In this document: piece after piece, positions 46,345-55,487 of the stretch
Layout of the letters: every line of letters begins with the position of its first letter
Position numbering within the stretch: position 1 is the stretch's first letter
Assembly (NCBI GenBank): GCA_031370785.1
Contig: JANMQY010000023.1
Location: forward strand, 42,746 to 106,745
Length of the DNA stretch: 64,000 bases
Source of the DNA: Candidatus Eiseniibacteriota bacterium
Lineage (GTDB): Bacteria; Eisenbacteria; RBG-16-71-46
Direction: 5' to 3'
The notes under the pieces: generated by a model
Told to the model about the DNA's origin: nothing
The model's database searches: none
The model's input: the letters and a program-made list of their open reading frames with translations, nothing else
Program-made: the position numbers and the translations under genes

Positions 46345-49331
46345 AGGATCTTGAGCGAGACCATCAGCTCGTCCTCGGTCTTCTCGCGGCGCTCGAAGGC
46401 GCGCGCGTATCCGATCGAAAGCGTGAGCGGCTGCTGGGTGAGGAGCGAGACTCGCAGATCGCACTGCACGCCGGCGTTCGCGAGCGTGCGCCGGTCCGAC
46501 CGGGAATTCACGTTGGTCGAGAGCACGCTGGTGAAGACCGAGGTGCGCAGCCAGCTCGCGTACAGGGCCGGCGTGCCGAACCGATCGAAGCGCAGCGGCG
46601 GAAGGTTCCAGTCGAGCATCGCTTTCCCGTAGGTCGTGCCGGCCACCGCGTCGATCTGCTTGCCCGGGAAGCTCTGGCCCTCGCGGTAGCGCTGCACCTC
46701 CTGATGGTCGAGACGGTTGTTGCCGAATCCGCCGAAGAAGAAGTTGGCGAACGGCTCGTCGCGATCGCCGGGCGAGAATCCGGCGGCAGTGCGCAGCCAG
46801 AGCGAAGAATTGCGCAGCAGGAGCGGCGTGCCGGCATCGGCGCCGCCCTCGTACGAAGGGAAGGCGCGCCAGGTCGAGGTACCGGCGCGCTCGAAGCGAA
46901 TGGCGTTGGTCGCGGTCCCGAGCCGCCACTGCCAGCCCTTCTCGCGATCCACCGCGCCGATCGACGAGCGCATGTTCTGATGGTGGAGCTCGACCCCGCC
47001 GTTGACCAGCTTTTCGAACCCGGGCCTGATCGACACGTTCTGCGCATCGGGCAGGCGCTCGAGCCCGGTCCACCCGTTGAGCGCGAGCGTGAGGTCCATC
47101 AGGCGCGGCGTGTCGCGGACCAGGGAGCGCTTCCAGTCGAAATGAAACCCGTCGCCTTTGCGACTGACCTTGGTTGGGCCGACCAGATCGTAGAACGATG
47201 CCGGATTGTGGCGCAGCACGAGGTTGATGCCGGAGTGCCGGTACGAGGCGCTGCCATGCCAGCGCTCCGCCCCCGGCACACGCTGCTGCGGCGAGTACGA
47301 AGCGGACAGCGTGAAGTCGTGAAGCGACACCGGATCGGTAAGGCGCGCGGCGAGGCCGACCGCGGCATCGTCCTTGTAGCTTTCGACGATGGGGTAGAGA
47401 GACACCAGCCTCACGCTGCGCAGCGCGCGGTAGGGGCCCCGATACAGGATCAGCGAGTCGATCGGCACCGTGCTCGGCGGAGGCACCTTCCAGCTCTTGA
47501 GCACGGGATGGCGCTCGACCACCTGTTGCCCGTAGAAGGTGATCGTGCTCACCTCGGCAAGCGGCCTGGCCTCGAGCACGGCGGGAACGAAGCCTGCGCC
47601 TGTAAAACGGAACGCGATCAGCGAGTCGCCGCCGAGCGGGAGCGGGCGGAAGAATCCAGTCTCCGCGTTGGTGACGATGTCCATCGAGTCGGCGGCGAGA
47701 TCGTAGCGGAAGATGTTCGAGACGCCGGTGTAGTACGAGCTGCCATAGAGATAGCGACCGTCATCCGAGAACACGAAGCTGGTCGGGATCGAGCTGCCGA
47801 AGTCGAACAGGGTTCGCGAGGCGGTGTCCCCGACCGCGAGCGCGTCGAGCGGGAGCAGACGCAGCGACTGGCGCCCGCTGATCTCGGCCATCGAGAGCGC
47901 CATACGGCTGCCGTCGGGGGAAATGTCGAGGTCGTAGACGTCGCGACCGTAGGGGAACGAGAAGACCTGGCTCCAGTCGGTGTAAGGCGGCGGAAGGCGC
48001 ACGATGGTCGAGATGCCGTTGAAGTGCCGCACGCCCCACAGCGAGCGATCGCGGCGGTCGAAGGCGAGATCGCCGATCCGAGCATCCCGGATCAGGGTGC
48101 GCGACGTTCCGGTCGCGGGGTCCAGCTCGCACAGGTCGCGCCATTCGTTGTTGTCGGCGGTGTAGAACAACCGGCGCGCGCCGGGGTCCCACGCCAGAGA
48201 GCTCACGAAGTAGAGCGCGGGGCCCTTCACTTCGTGCAGCACGCGCGTCGCGCCGCCATCGAGCGGGATCGCGGCGATGTGCGAGACGGCGCCGGGATAG
48301 TAGACGCCGGCGTAGACCGTGCCGGTCGCCGAGTCGAGCACCGCGCGCGATACCGAGCCGAGCGCCCGCGTCGAAAGATCGCGCGAGCGCGTGGTCGGGT
48401 GGCGCCGCACCGAATCGAGATTCGCCTGCTGGAAGACCTTCTCGGAAGCGACCCACTGGCGCCACGCGTCGGTGATACTGAGGCCAAAGACCTGGTGAAA
48501 CTGACTCGCAAAGTAAGGCCGGCTTCCCGGATGGCGCGCCACCCATTCCACGAACCGGTCGGGTCCCCAGCGGTCTGCGACCCAGCTCGTGAAGCGCGTT
48601 CCGTAGAGGTAGGCGTTGACCCCGACCTGGAAGTCGACGCGCGTGCCCTCGGACTCGAGCCCGAGCGGATCGTAGAAGTGGCTCCCGTCGCGCACCATCG
48701 CGCGGAACACCATTTCGTCGTAGGGGCCCTGCGCGCGACCGAGTCCGCCCGCCATCCAGGTCTCGAGGAAGACCGCGGTGCCCTCGCGATGCCAGCGCGG
48801 CGCCGCGCGGCGCGGCAGCGTGAGGAAGCCGTAGAGGATGGTCTCCGGGTGCTCGCTGGTCTCGCGCACCTTGCCGCGGAACAGCGCGCGGAACAGCCGG
48901 TCCGATCCCGCCGCCTGATCCAGGGTCACGACGTGCGCCAGCTCGTGGTTCATCACGAAGTTGATGCGCTCGTTGGACGGGCCGGTCTCGTAGACGAAGT
49001 TGTTGGGCGCGATCTGGACGATCATGGTGTTGCGCGGGCTGCCGATCACCGCCGCGTTCCCGTAGTCGCTGTTGTCGACCAGCACCACCGTCACCTTCTC
49101 CGACGGCGTGTAGCCGAACAGCGCGCGGTGGAACCGCATCGAGTTCTCGAAGCAACGCGCGGTGTAGGGCGCCATGAACTCGAGCGTGGTGCCGGGATAG
49201 ACGAGGCGGAGGTCCGAGGTCTCGATCGTGCGCAGCAGCGCGGCGGCCGTCGCAGGGGGCGCGGCGGCGGCCGCCATGGCGATCGCCAGGAGGAATGAGC
49301 AAAGCCGGTTCGGCCTGCGTTCGGCACCCAT
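46341..49331 (-). CDS. Large exported protein: zincin-like domain, beta-propeller, probable C-terminal beta-barrel
   Basis: Signal peptide; HELAH...PRWHREG.A; propeller repeats (ISPDG, FSDDG, GVSNIF); amphipathic C-terminal strands with FFFGG. Confidence 0.75.
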   Translation of the reverse strand: MGAERRPNRLCSFLLAIAMAAAAAPPATAAALLRTIETSDLRLVYPGTTLEFMAPYTARCFENSMRFHRALFGYTPSEKVTVVLVDNSDYGNAAVIGSPRNTMIVQIAPNNFVYETGPSNERINFVMNHELAHVVTLDQAAGSDRLFRALFRGKVRETSEHPETILYGFLTLPRRAAPRWHREGTAVFLETWMAGGLGRAQGPYDEMVFRAMVRDGSHFYDPLGLESEGTRVDFQVGVNAYLYGTRFTSWVADRWGPDRFVEWVARHPGSRPYFASQFHQVFGLSITDAWRQWVASEKVFQQANLDSVRRHPTTRSRDLSTRALGSVSRAVLDSATGTVYAGVYYPGAVSHIAAIPLDGGATRVLHEVKGPALYFVSSLAWDPGARRLFYTADNNEWRDLCELDPATGTSRTLIRDARIGDLAFDRRDRSLWGVRHFNGISTIVRLPPPYTDWSQVFSFPYGRDVYDLDISPDGSRMALSMAEISGRQSLRLLPLDALAVGDTASRTLFDFGSSIPTSFVFSDDGRYLYGSSYYTGVSNIFRYDLAADSMDIVTNAETGFFRPLPLGGDSLIAFRFTGAGFVPAVLEARPLAEVSTITFYGQQVVERHPVLKSWKVPPPSTVPIDSLILYRGPYRALRSVRLVSLYPIVESYKDDAAVGLAARLTDPVSLHDFTLSASYSPQQRVPGAERWHGSASYRHSGINLVLRHNPASFYDLVGPTKVSRKGDGFHFDWKRSLVRDTPRLMDLTLALNGWTGLERLPDAQNVSIRPGFEKLVNGGVELHHQNMRSSIGAVDREKGWQWRLGTATNAIRFERAGTSTWRAFPSYEGGADAGTPLLLRNSSLWLRTAAGFSPGDRDEPFANFFFGGFGNNRLDHQEVQRYREGQSFPGKQIDAVAGTTYGKAMLDWNLPPLRFDRFGTPALYASWLRTSVFTSVLSTNVNSRSDRRTLANAGVQCDLRVSLLTQQPLTLSIGYARAFERREKTEDELMVSLKIL

Positions 49332-49436
49332 GCGGCTCTCTTTCGAACGCGAACGACGAGGAGACTCCGCGCTGCGGAGTCTCCTCGTTTGGTTGGATCC
49401 GGGCCGGGGCCCGTGCGCCGTTGTGGCGCCTCTGTG

Positions 49437-50348
49437 CTAGTCGACCGTGGTCATCGCCTTCGCAAGGTCGTTGCTCGCCGCGACCTTCTGGTACTCGGCG
49501 GCCTGCGTGATCTTCGCATAGTCGCTGTTCGCGAGAAGGCGTGCGAACTCGGCCTGATCGGCGATCTTCGCAAAGTCGCCATCGCCGACGATCCGTGCGA
49601 ACTCGGCCTGCGGTGCGAGCCGGGCGTAGTCGGTGTTTGCGATCACCTTCGCGTACTCGGTCTGCGCCGTGAGTTTTGCATGGTCCTCGCTCGCCATCAT
49701 GCGCCGGGCGTCGCTCGAGGTGACGAGCTTCGCGTAGTCCGCGTTGCGCGCGATCTTCTGGTAGTCCGCGGATGCCGTCAGCTTCGCGTACTCCGGAGCG
49801 GCCGCGATCTTCGCGAAATCTGCAGCAGTCGTCACGCTCTTCGCGTCAGCCGCCGCCATCAGGCTCCGGTACTCGGCGCTCTGCGCGACCTTCGCCAGAT
49901 CGCCACCCGTGATCAGCCGGCGGTACTCACCAGACGCCGTGACCTTCGCGTACTCGGGATTGCCGACGATCTTCGCGAACTCCGACTTCTCGACGATCTT
50001 GGCAAAGTCCTGGTCCGCGACCAGCCGGGCGAACTCGGTCTGCGTGGTCAGCTTCGCATAATCCGGGCTGGCTGAAATCTTCGCAAAGTCTCCGTTGGCA
50101 ACCATCTTCGCGAAATCGGCGTTGGTCGACATCTTGTGGAACAGGTCGCTCTGAAGAAACGCCTGCACCTCGGGATCCTTGAGCGTGACGTCGTCATCGG
50201 TGATCTGATTCGACTGATATCGGTTCGCCGCACCGATCGCGCCTTCGACGTTGCTCCTGGGAGGGATGATGCCCTTGTACACACAGAACGCCACGATCGC
50301 GGCCACCGCGACCACGGCCACGGTTACGACAGTCTTCTGATTCTTCAT
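49437..50348 (-). CDS. Membrane-anchored protein with ~25 tandem 9-aa helical repeats
   Basis: AGGAGG RBS; N-terminal TM; x-(D/E)-(F/Y)-A-(K/R)-(I/L/V)-x-x-x repeated in uninterrupted register. Confidence 0.9.
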   Translation of the reverse strand: MKNQKTVVTVAVVAVAAIVAFCVYKGIIPPRSNVEGAIGAANRYQSNQITDDDVTLKDPEVQAFLQSDLFHKMSTNADFAKMVANGDFAKISASPDYAKLTTQTEFARLVADQDFAKIVEKSEFAKIVGNPEYAKVTASGEYRRLITGGDLAKVAQSAEYRSLMAAADAKSVTTAADFAKIAAAPEYAKLTASADYQKIARNADYAKLVTSSDARRMMASEDHAKLTAQTEYAKVIANTDYARLAPQAEFARIVGDGDFAKIADQAEFARLLANSDYAKITQAAEYQKVAASNDLAKAMTTVD

Positions 50349-50404
50349 CTCGGCCTCCTGATTGAGGGAAGTGAGCCGGCACTCTAGCAGGCCGGGGACG
50401 TAAC

Positions 50405-50432
50405 AAGGACACGAACCGCGAGTCAGGGTTGG
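50405..50432 (-). promoter_or_regulatory. Putative ECF promoter for the repeat-protein gene
   Basis: CCAAC-N15-GTGTCCTT, the same motif as 51800-51827. Confidence 0.7.
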
Positions 50433-50450
50433 CGCAGATCTTTCGCGTCG

Positions 50451-51257
50451 CTACCTGCCGTGGGAAGAGGTGTTGGGCACGGGCAGGAGGCCCACGAGCG
50501 CGTCCGGCTCCGACTCCGAGCCACGCCGGCTTGAACGCATGGTCACTCGGATCGGCGCGTCCGGGGCCGCCGGCCGGAACTCGAGCAGGTAAGTCGCATT
50601 GCCGCGCGGTTTGAGCATGGCGCCGTCGAGGGCGAGGCTCGCTTCGCCGGACCCGGGGCCGGACTGGCTCAGCGCCACCGGGTGAACCAGGCTCGGGTCG
50701 AAGCTCAGCTCGAGGGTGAGCCCCTGCGGGTTCCTCACCTCGATCGAGGCGAATCGCGAGCCTCCGGCACTCCAGCTACGGGCCGAGATCTGCGAGCCGC
50801 CAAGAGTCCACGCGGCGCTCTCGGCGCCGGCATCCGGGGACATCGAGCCCGCGGTATCGGTCCGGTCGCGCGCCGGCCCCGGGCCGAACGAGCCGGTCCA
50901 CACGCCGAGCGCCAGCACTCCGATCGCGAGTCCGGCTGCGAACGGCATGGCGAGCGAGAGCGCGGGCCGGCGCATCATCTGCGCCCGCCACGACCCGAGA
51001 AATGGGTTCCCGGTTGCGCGCGATGAGCCGCGCTCACTGCTGGCAACGATGTCCGCGAGGGTGCTTCGCCCGAGGTCGAGCGGTGCCTCCGCGAGCGGTA
51101 CGCGAGCCAGCGTGGCAAACAGCGACGTCAGCTCGCGCTGCCGCGCGCGACCCGCTTCGTTCGACTGCAGCCACCTGTCGAGCCTCGAGGCTTCCTCCGG
51201 CGTCGCTATGCCGTCCAGCACGTCCTGAATCAGCTGTTCGTATTCGGGCGCGATCAT
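50451..51257 (-). CDS. Putative anti-sigma factor
   Basis: Coupled to the ECF sigma; LIQDVLDG.ATPEE..RL N-domain, one TM, periplasmic C-domain. Confidence 0.78.
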   Translation of the reverse strand: MIAPEYEQLIQDVLDGIATPEEASRLDRWLQSNEAGRARQRELTSLFATLARVPLAEAPLDLGRSTLADIVASSERGSSRATGNPFLGSWRAQMMRRPALSLAMPFAAGLAIGVLALGVWTGSFGPGPARDRTDTAGSMSPDAGAESAAWTLGGSQISARSWSAGGSRFASIEVRNPQGLTLELSFDPSLVHPVALSQSGPGSGEASLALDGAMLKPRGNATYLLEFRPAAPDAPIRVTMRSSRRGSESEPDALVGLLPVPNTSSHGR

Positions 51258-51799
51258 GGGGTCGAGAGCCCTTTCCGCCGCAACTGCACCTCGAGGCGCT
51301 GTCGGGCCGAGTAAAGGCGGGACTTCACGGTCTTTTCCGGGACGCCGAGAATGGCGCTCATTTCGTGGTGCGAGAGCTGGAGGAAATGCCGGAGGACCAC
51401 GACCTCGCGATCGTTCTCCTTCAGCTCCATCAGCGCGGCCTGCACCATCTGGATCTCCTCTGTCGCCTCGAACCGCTGCTCCGGTCCTGGCTCGGCTGAA
51501 CGCAGACCCTCGTCGAGCATCTCGTGCCTTCGGCGCCTGCTTCGGTGGTTCAACGACTCGTTGAGCGCAATCCGGTAAAGCCAGCTGAAGAAGCGGTTTC
51601 TCCGATCGAACGTTGCCAGCTTCTCCCACGCCTTGATGAACACCGTCTGGGCGAGGTCGCGAGCGTCCTCGACGTCGTTGACCATGCGCAGCGCGAGGTT
51701 GTAGACCACGCACCCGTAGGCGTCGATGAGCGTCGCGAATGCCTGGTGGTCCCCTTTCAGGGCCCGCTCGACCAGTGATGCTTCGTCGATCTCGGCCAT
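51254..51799 (-). CDS. ECF RNA polymerase sigma factor
   Basis: DARDLAQTVFIKAW, FFSWLYRIALN, EMSAILGVPEKTVKSRLYSAR. Confidence 0.95.
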   Translation of the reverse strand: MAEIDEASLVERALKGDHQAFATLIDAYGCVVYNLALRMVNDVEDARDLAQTVFIKAWEKLATFDRRNRFFSWLYRIALNESLNHRSRRRRHEMLDEGLRSAEPGPEQRFEATEEIQMVQAALMELKENDREVVVLRHFLQLSHHEMSAILGVPEKTVKSRLYSARQRLEVQLRRKGLSTP

Positions 51800-51827
51800 A
51801 AGGACACCAGCCCGTTCGAAAAGTTGG
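51800..51827 (-). promoter_or_regulatory. Putative autoregulatory ECF promoter
   Basis: CCAAC-N15-GTGTCCTT directly abutting the ATG. Confidence 0.7.
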
Positions 51828-51859
51828 TGTGGGGGCGCTCGGCTCGTTGCGGGCCGCGG

Positions 51860-52144
51860 CTATTCGATGGTGAGAATCCGATCGAGTCCCGCGTAGGCGA
51901 AGACGTTGCGCACGCGGGGGAGGAGGCGCACGAGTCGCAGAGCGTGCCCGGCGCCGTTCAGGCGCTTGTAGGTCTCGATGAGAATCCCGATGCCCGCGCT
52001 TGAGATGTAGTCCAGCTCCGAGCAGTCGATGGTGATCGGACCCTCGAGCGAGTCGAGCACACTTTTCGCCTTCTCGGCCTCGGCCGCATCGAGCCGGCCA
52101 GTGAGCCGCACCTGCCCGGTCTCGCCGACGTGGACAGAGAACAT
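51860..52144 (-). CDS. STAS domain anti-anti-sigma factor (RsbV-like)
   Basis: GRLDAA, IDCSELDYISSAGIGIL. Confidence 0.92.
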   Translation of the reverse strand: MFSVHVGETGQVRLTGRLDAAEAEKAKSVLDSLEGPITIDCSELDYISSAGIGILIETYKRLNGAGHALRLVRLLPRVRNVFAYAGLDRILTIE

Positions 52145-52551
52145 CAGGACGCGAGCCTCTTGGTGACGGTGATCGTGCTCATTCCGTTGTCGTGGACGTA
52201 GGTGATGTCGTCCGCGATCTGACGCACGAGATGGATTCCGAGACCGCCCGCGTGACGGTCGGTGATCGGGCGGTTCGTGTCCGGCGGCGGCGCGAGGGTC
52301 GGGTCGAAGTCCACGGCACTGGAGTCGCACAGGCGAAGCGTCAGCGTCGGGGGCTTCCAGTCGAGGGCGAGTGCAATCGGCTGCGCGTCGCTCCCGCCGT
52401 ACTTTACCATGTTGGTGAACAGCTCCTCGACGATCAGGTCCACGTCCCAGGCATGCGCTTCGTCGATCCCGCGCTCGCCCAGAAACTCGCGAACGAAGGC
52501 ATAGATCTGTTCGAGCGAGCTGAAGTCCCGGGGAAAGCGGCGCTCCACCAT
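52144..52551 (-). CDS. Anti-sigma Ser/Thr kinase (RsbW-like HATPase)
   Basis: EELFTNMVKYG, FDPT, GGLGIHLVRQIAD. Confidence 0.92.
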   Translation of the reverse strand: MVERRFPRDFSSLEQIYAFVREFLGERGIDEAHAWDVDLIVEELFTNMVKYGGSDAQPIALALDWKPPTLTLRLCDSSAVDFDPTLAPPPDTNRPITDRHAGGLGIHLVRQIADDITYVHDNGMSTITVTKRLAS

Positions 52552-52809
52552 GGCGCAACGATAAGGCGACGGGCGGACCGGGGGCAATGGAGGGCCGATG
52601 GCAGCGCGGCCTACTTCTTCCGCGGGGCCTGAGGAGACGTGACGATCCGGATTCTGTCACATAAGGACCGCGTGGGCCCAAGGATAGGCAGTTTGGCCCA
52701 ATCCGTGGTCCCGGGGACGGTGCCTGAGATCGGCCTTGTATTTCAGTCCCGGGTCGGCGACAGTATGACCAGTCTTCGGTCGATCAGGATCCACGACGGG
52801 CATTCGATT

Positions 52810-52949
52810 CCGCCAGGGACAGTCTCGGGCGGTTTTTTTGTTGGTCGCACCGGGTCGAACGAAGCACCGGTCACAGAGACCGAACGCAGCCGCAGCGTGA
52901 ATATGCGGCAAGTACACGGGTCCTCGGACCCGGAATCAAGGAGCAACCA
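52810..52949 (+). promoter_or_regulatory. Structured csp leader with terminator-like hairpin
   Basis: CCGCC..GGCGG plus T7 (52810-52839); CGGGTC-CTCG-GACCCG followed by GAATCAAGGAG. Confidence 0.6.
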
Positions 52950-53150
52950 GTGGCTCGTGGCACAGTGAAGTGGTTCAACGAGGCGAAGGGGTTCGGCTTC
53001 ATCTCTCAGGAGGACGGCGAGGATGTGTTCGTGCACTTCTCGGCGATCCAGGGCGAAGGCTTCAAGACTCTCGCCGAGGGTGAGGCTCTCGAGTTCGATG
53101 TCACCAAGGGACCGAAGGGTCTTCAGGCGGCCAACGTCCGCAAGGCCTAG
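52950..53150 (+). CDS. Cold-shock protein (CspA family)
   Basis: [24 protein letters not shown]; close paralog of 25472-25675. Confidence 0.97.
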   Translation: MARGTVKWFNEAKGFGFISQEDGEDVFVHFSAIQGEGFKTLAEGEALEFDVTKGPKGLQAANVRKA

Positions 53151-53298
53151 CTCGCCCGACGTACCACCTCATGCGCCTGGGCGGCGTCCTCACGGACGTC
53201 GCCCTTCGCATTTCCCCCCGCATCTGGCGACTCGCAGTTTTCGGACGCGTGCCTCAACGCGGCAGAGCGAACGCCCTCGGACGCAGTCCGGCCGACGA

Positions 53299-55125
53299 TT
53301 ACCGGCGCACTCGGTACAGGATTGCCGACTTCCAACCGCTCGCCGGGTACGACCATACCTCCTCGAGCAGTGAGTCGAGTTCCATCCGCCATGGGTGGCT
53401 TGCGCGCACGTAGTTCTCGGGCGAAATGATCGTGAGGTCGAACCTGGGATACGCATCTCCGCGCATGGCGGGATCGACCCAGGCGTTCATGCTGAGCAGC
53501 TTTACTCCCGCCAGCTGAAGCTCCGCGTCATAGCCTGGATTCGGGAAGTAGAGGAGAGGGTCGGCCATGAAGACGTTTCCCGTGGAGTCCATCGGGAACT
53601 CGTTCCTGGCCCAATCCTCCGTCCACAGCAGGTAGCTCACGTTCCATCGTGTGAGCAGAGCGAGGCGCTTCGCCTCATCGTGACCATAGAGCATCAGGGC
53701 GGCGTCGCGATTCCGTTCGTCCATGTCCAGGAAAGGATCGTTCTGGGCGCGGCGAGTGACCACCGTCTTGCGCCCGGTCAGCGCACTCCACGCGTAGCTG
53801 AGCTCGTTCGACGAGAGCACGACATCGTTGACGTGCGTGTGAGCCAGGACCCACTCCTGCATCGCGGCGTATTGCGGAATGAGAGGTTCGCGCGCCCATA
53901 CGAGCGTCTGATCCTGCGAGAGCCTGCCGACTCCGGCGACGAGCCCCGCCAGCGCAGCGACGACCACGACGATCCGCAACGTAAGAACGACTCCTCGACT
54001 CTTCATGCGCTCGAAGAAGAGCGTGACCGGAATCGCCGCGACCAGCAGAACGGCGAACGCCCACATCATCCTTCGCACGTATTCCGGGACGAAGTGCGTT
54101 TGGAGGAGCGGCATGGTGACGAAGTAGTGGAACATCCAGGCGAAGGTGAGCACCGCGGCGAGCACCGCCGGCACGAAGCGCTCGCGCTCGCGCGTTCGCC
54201 AGAATGCGAACAGGCCTGCGAAAAAGAGCGCATGCAGCACCAGGCTGGGCACGTGGTCCAGGCGAATGAGATCGGCGAGCACGCCGCGCGCATAGGTCAG
54301 CCGCTGCCCGAGCGTGCGCAGCAGCACTCCGCCGTTCCATTCCACGTAGTGCAGGGAGGTGTGTCCGTGATGGACAAAGATCGGCCGGAACCAGTAGCCG
54401 AGCGCCAGCGCGGCGCACGCGGCGACGATTGCGATCCCGCGCGCGCTGGCAAGCAGCTCGCGACCAGCACCGCCCGCGCGTGATCGCCACAATGCGCCGA
54501 ACAGGCTCGACGCGGCGGCAACCACGATGCCGGTGACGAATGCAACGGCATGGGCGTAACCCAGGACCGCGAGCATCAAGCCGAGATAGAACGCGTGCCG
54601 CGCGCGCGGAGAGTGAATGAACAGCAGCAACGCGTCGAAATAGAATGGCACCAGGAGCTGCGCAGTGAACTCGGTGTACTTGAGGACGGCGCTCGTGTAG
54701 AGCGCCGTCCAGAGGCCGGCCATCGCCAGACCGGCCGACCTTCCGAAGTGCCGCGCCATGATGAGGTACACGCCGAAGACGGATGCCGCGTAGATCAGCG
54801 CGGACATGAGCAGCATGCCCCTGTCGACCGGGAGGCCGGTCACCTTCACGAACAGCGCGACGATGGTGCCGTACAAGGGCAGATAGCCCGGCAGCGCGCC
54901 GCTGCAGCTGCAAGACGCCATCGGATTGCCCGAGGCGAGAATGCTGCGGATGCAACCCATCTGATAGGTGTAGTCGCCACCGAAGATCCCGGACGGCAGC
55001 TGACGAAAATCCCGCAGCAGCCAGAGCTGAGCGGCGCCGGCCGAAAGCGCGAGCACGATCGCGAGCATTGGCGCGGAGCGATCGTGGGGCGGGGAAGTCG
55101 AAGGGGGTGACTTCGGTCGCGTCAT
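53299..55125 (-). CDS. Polytopic membrane protein, GT-C-like
   Basis: QLPSGIFGGDYTYQMG, YLPLYG, many TMs, periplasmic tail with NDVVLSSNELS..ALTGRK. Confidence 0.65.
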   Translation of the reverse strand: MTRPKSPPSTSPPHDRSAPMLAIVLALSAGAAQLWLLRDFRQLPSGIFGGDYTYQMGCIRSILASGNPMASCSCSGALPGYLPLYGTIVALFVKVTGLPVDRGMLLMSALIYAASVFGVYLIMARHFGRSAGLAMAGLWTALYTSAVLKYTEFTAQLLVPFYFDALLLFIHSPRARHAFYLGLMLAVLGYAHAVAFVTGIVVAAASSLFGALWRSRAGGAGRELLASARGIAIVAACAALALGYWFRPIFVHHGHTSLHYVEWNGGVLLRTLGQRLTYARGVLADLIRLDHVPSLVLHALFFAGLFAFWRTRERERFVPAVLAAVLTFAWMFHYFVTMPLLQTHFVPEYVRRMMWAFAVLLVAAIPVTLFFERMKSRGVVLTLRIVVVVAALAGLVAGVGRLSQDQTLVWAREPLIPQYAAMQEWVLAHTHVNDVVLSSNELSYAWSALTGRKTVVTRRAQNDPFLDMDERNRDAALMLYGHDEAKRLALLTRWNVSYLLWTEDWARNEFPMDSTGNVFMADPLLYFPNPGYDAELQLAGVKLLSMNAWVDPAMRGDAYPRFDLTIISPENYVRASHPWRMELDSLLEEVWSYPASGWKSAILYRVRR

Positions 55126-55487
55126 CTCGAGTCTCTTGGATGAGTTGGAATACCGCGGATGAATCCGACCGAGCGTGAATCAAAGGGCGGGATGTTAGAC
55201 GAAATGACGAGAAGTTGTCGTCACCTGAGCATTTCCGGACTGGCGGCTTGACGCCGGCTGAACCTGTCCGCGTTCCCAACCTTCGCGGATGAAACCACCG
55301 TCTCACTCAGGTGTAGAACTGGATGAGCCCAACGAAGCGGCGCCGTGAGACCATGAGCCCGAATGGGATGGCTCGAGATCGGGAGCCTGCACCCACGCCG
55401 GTTCTGTTCGATCAAGGGTCGCCGGCGACGGCCGAAAACAATGGAAGGATCCACGCCCATGTTCGTCCATCTCAAGGTCGACTGATC

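Noticed and set aside
52770..52820. tRNA-like TTCGATTCC
   Set aside because: No acceptor stem, D arm or anticodon arm can be built.
55295..55330. Extra GGCTCATCC box on the minus strand
   Set aside because: No CGTAG at the 15-nt spacing, so not counted in the SigK-like regulon.
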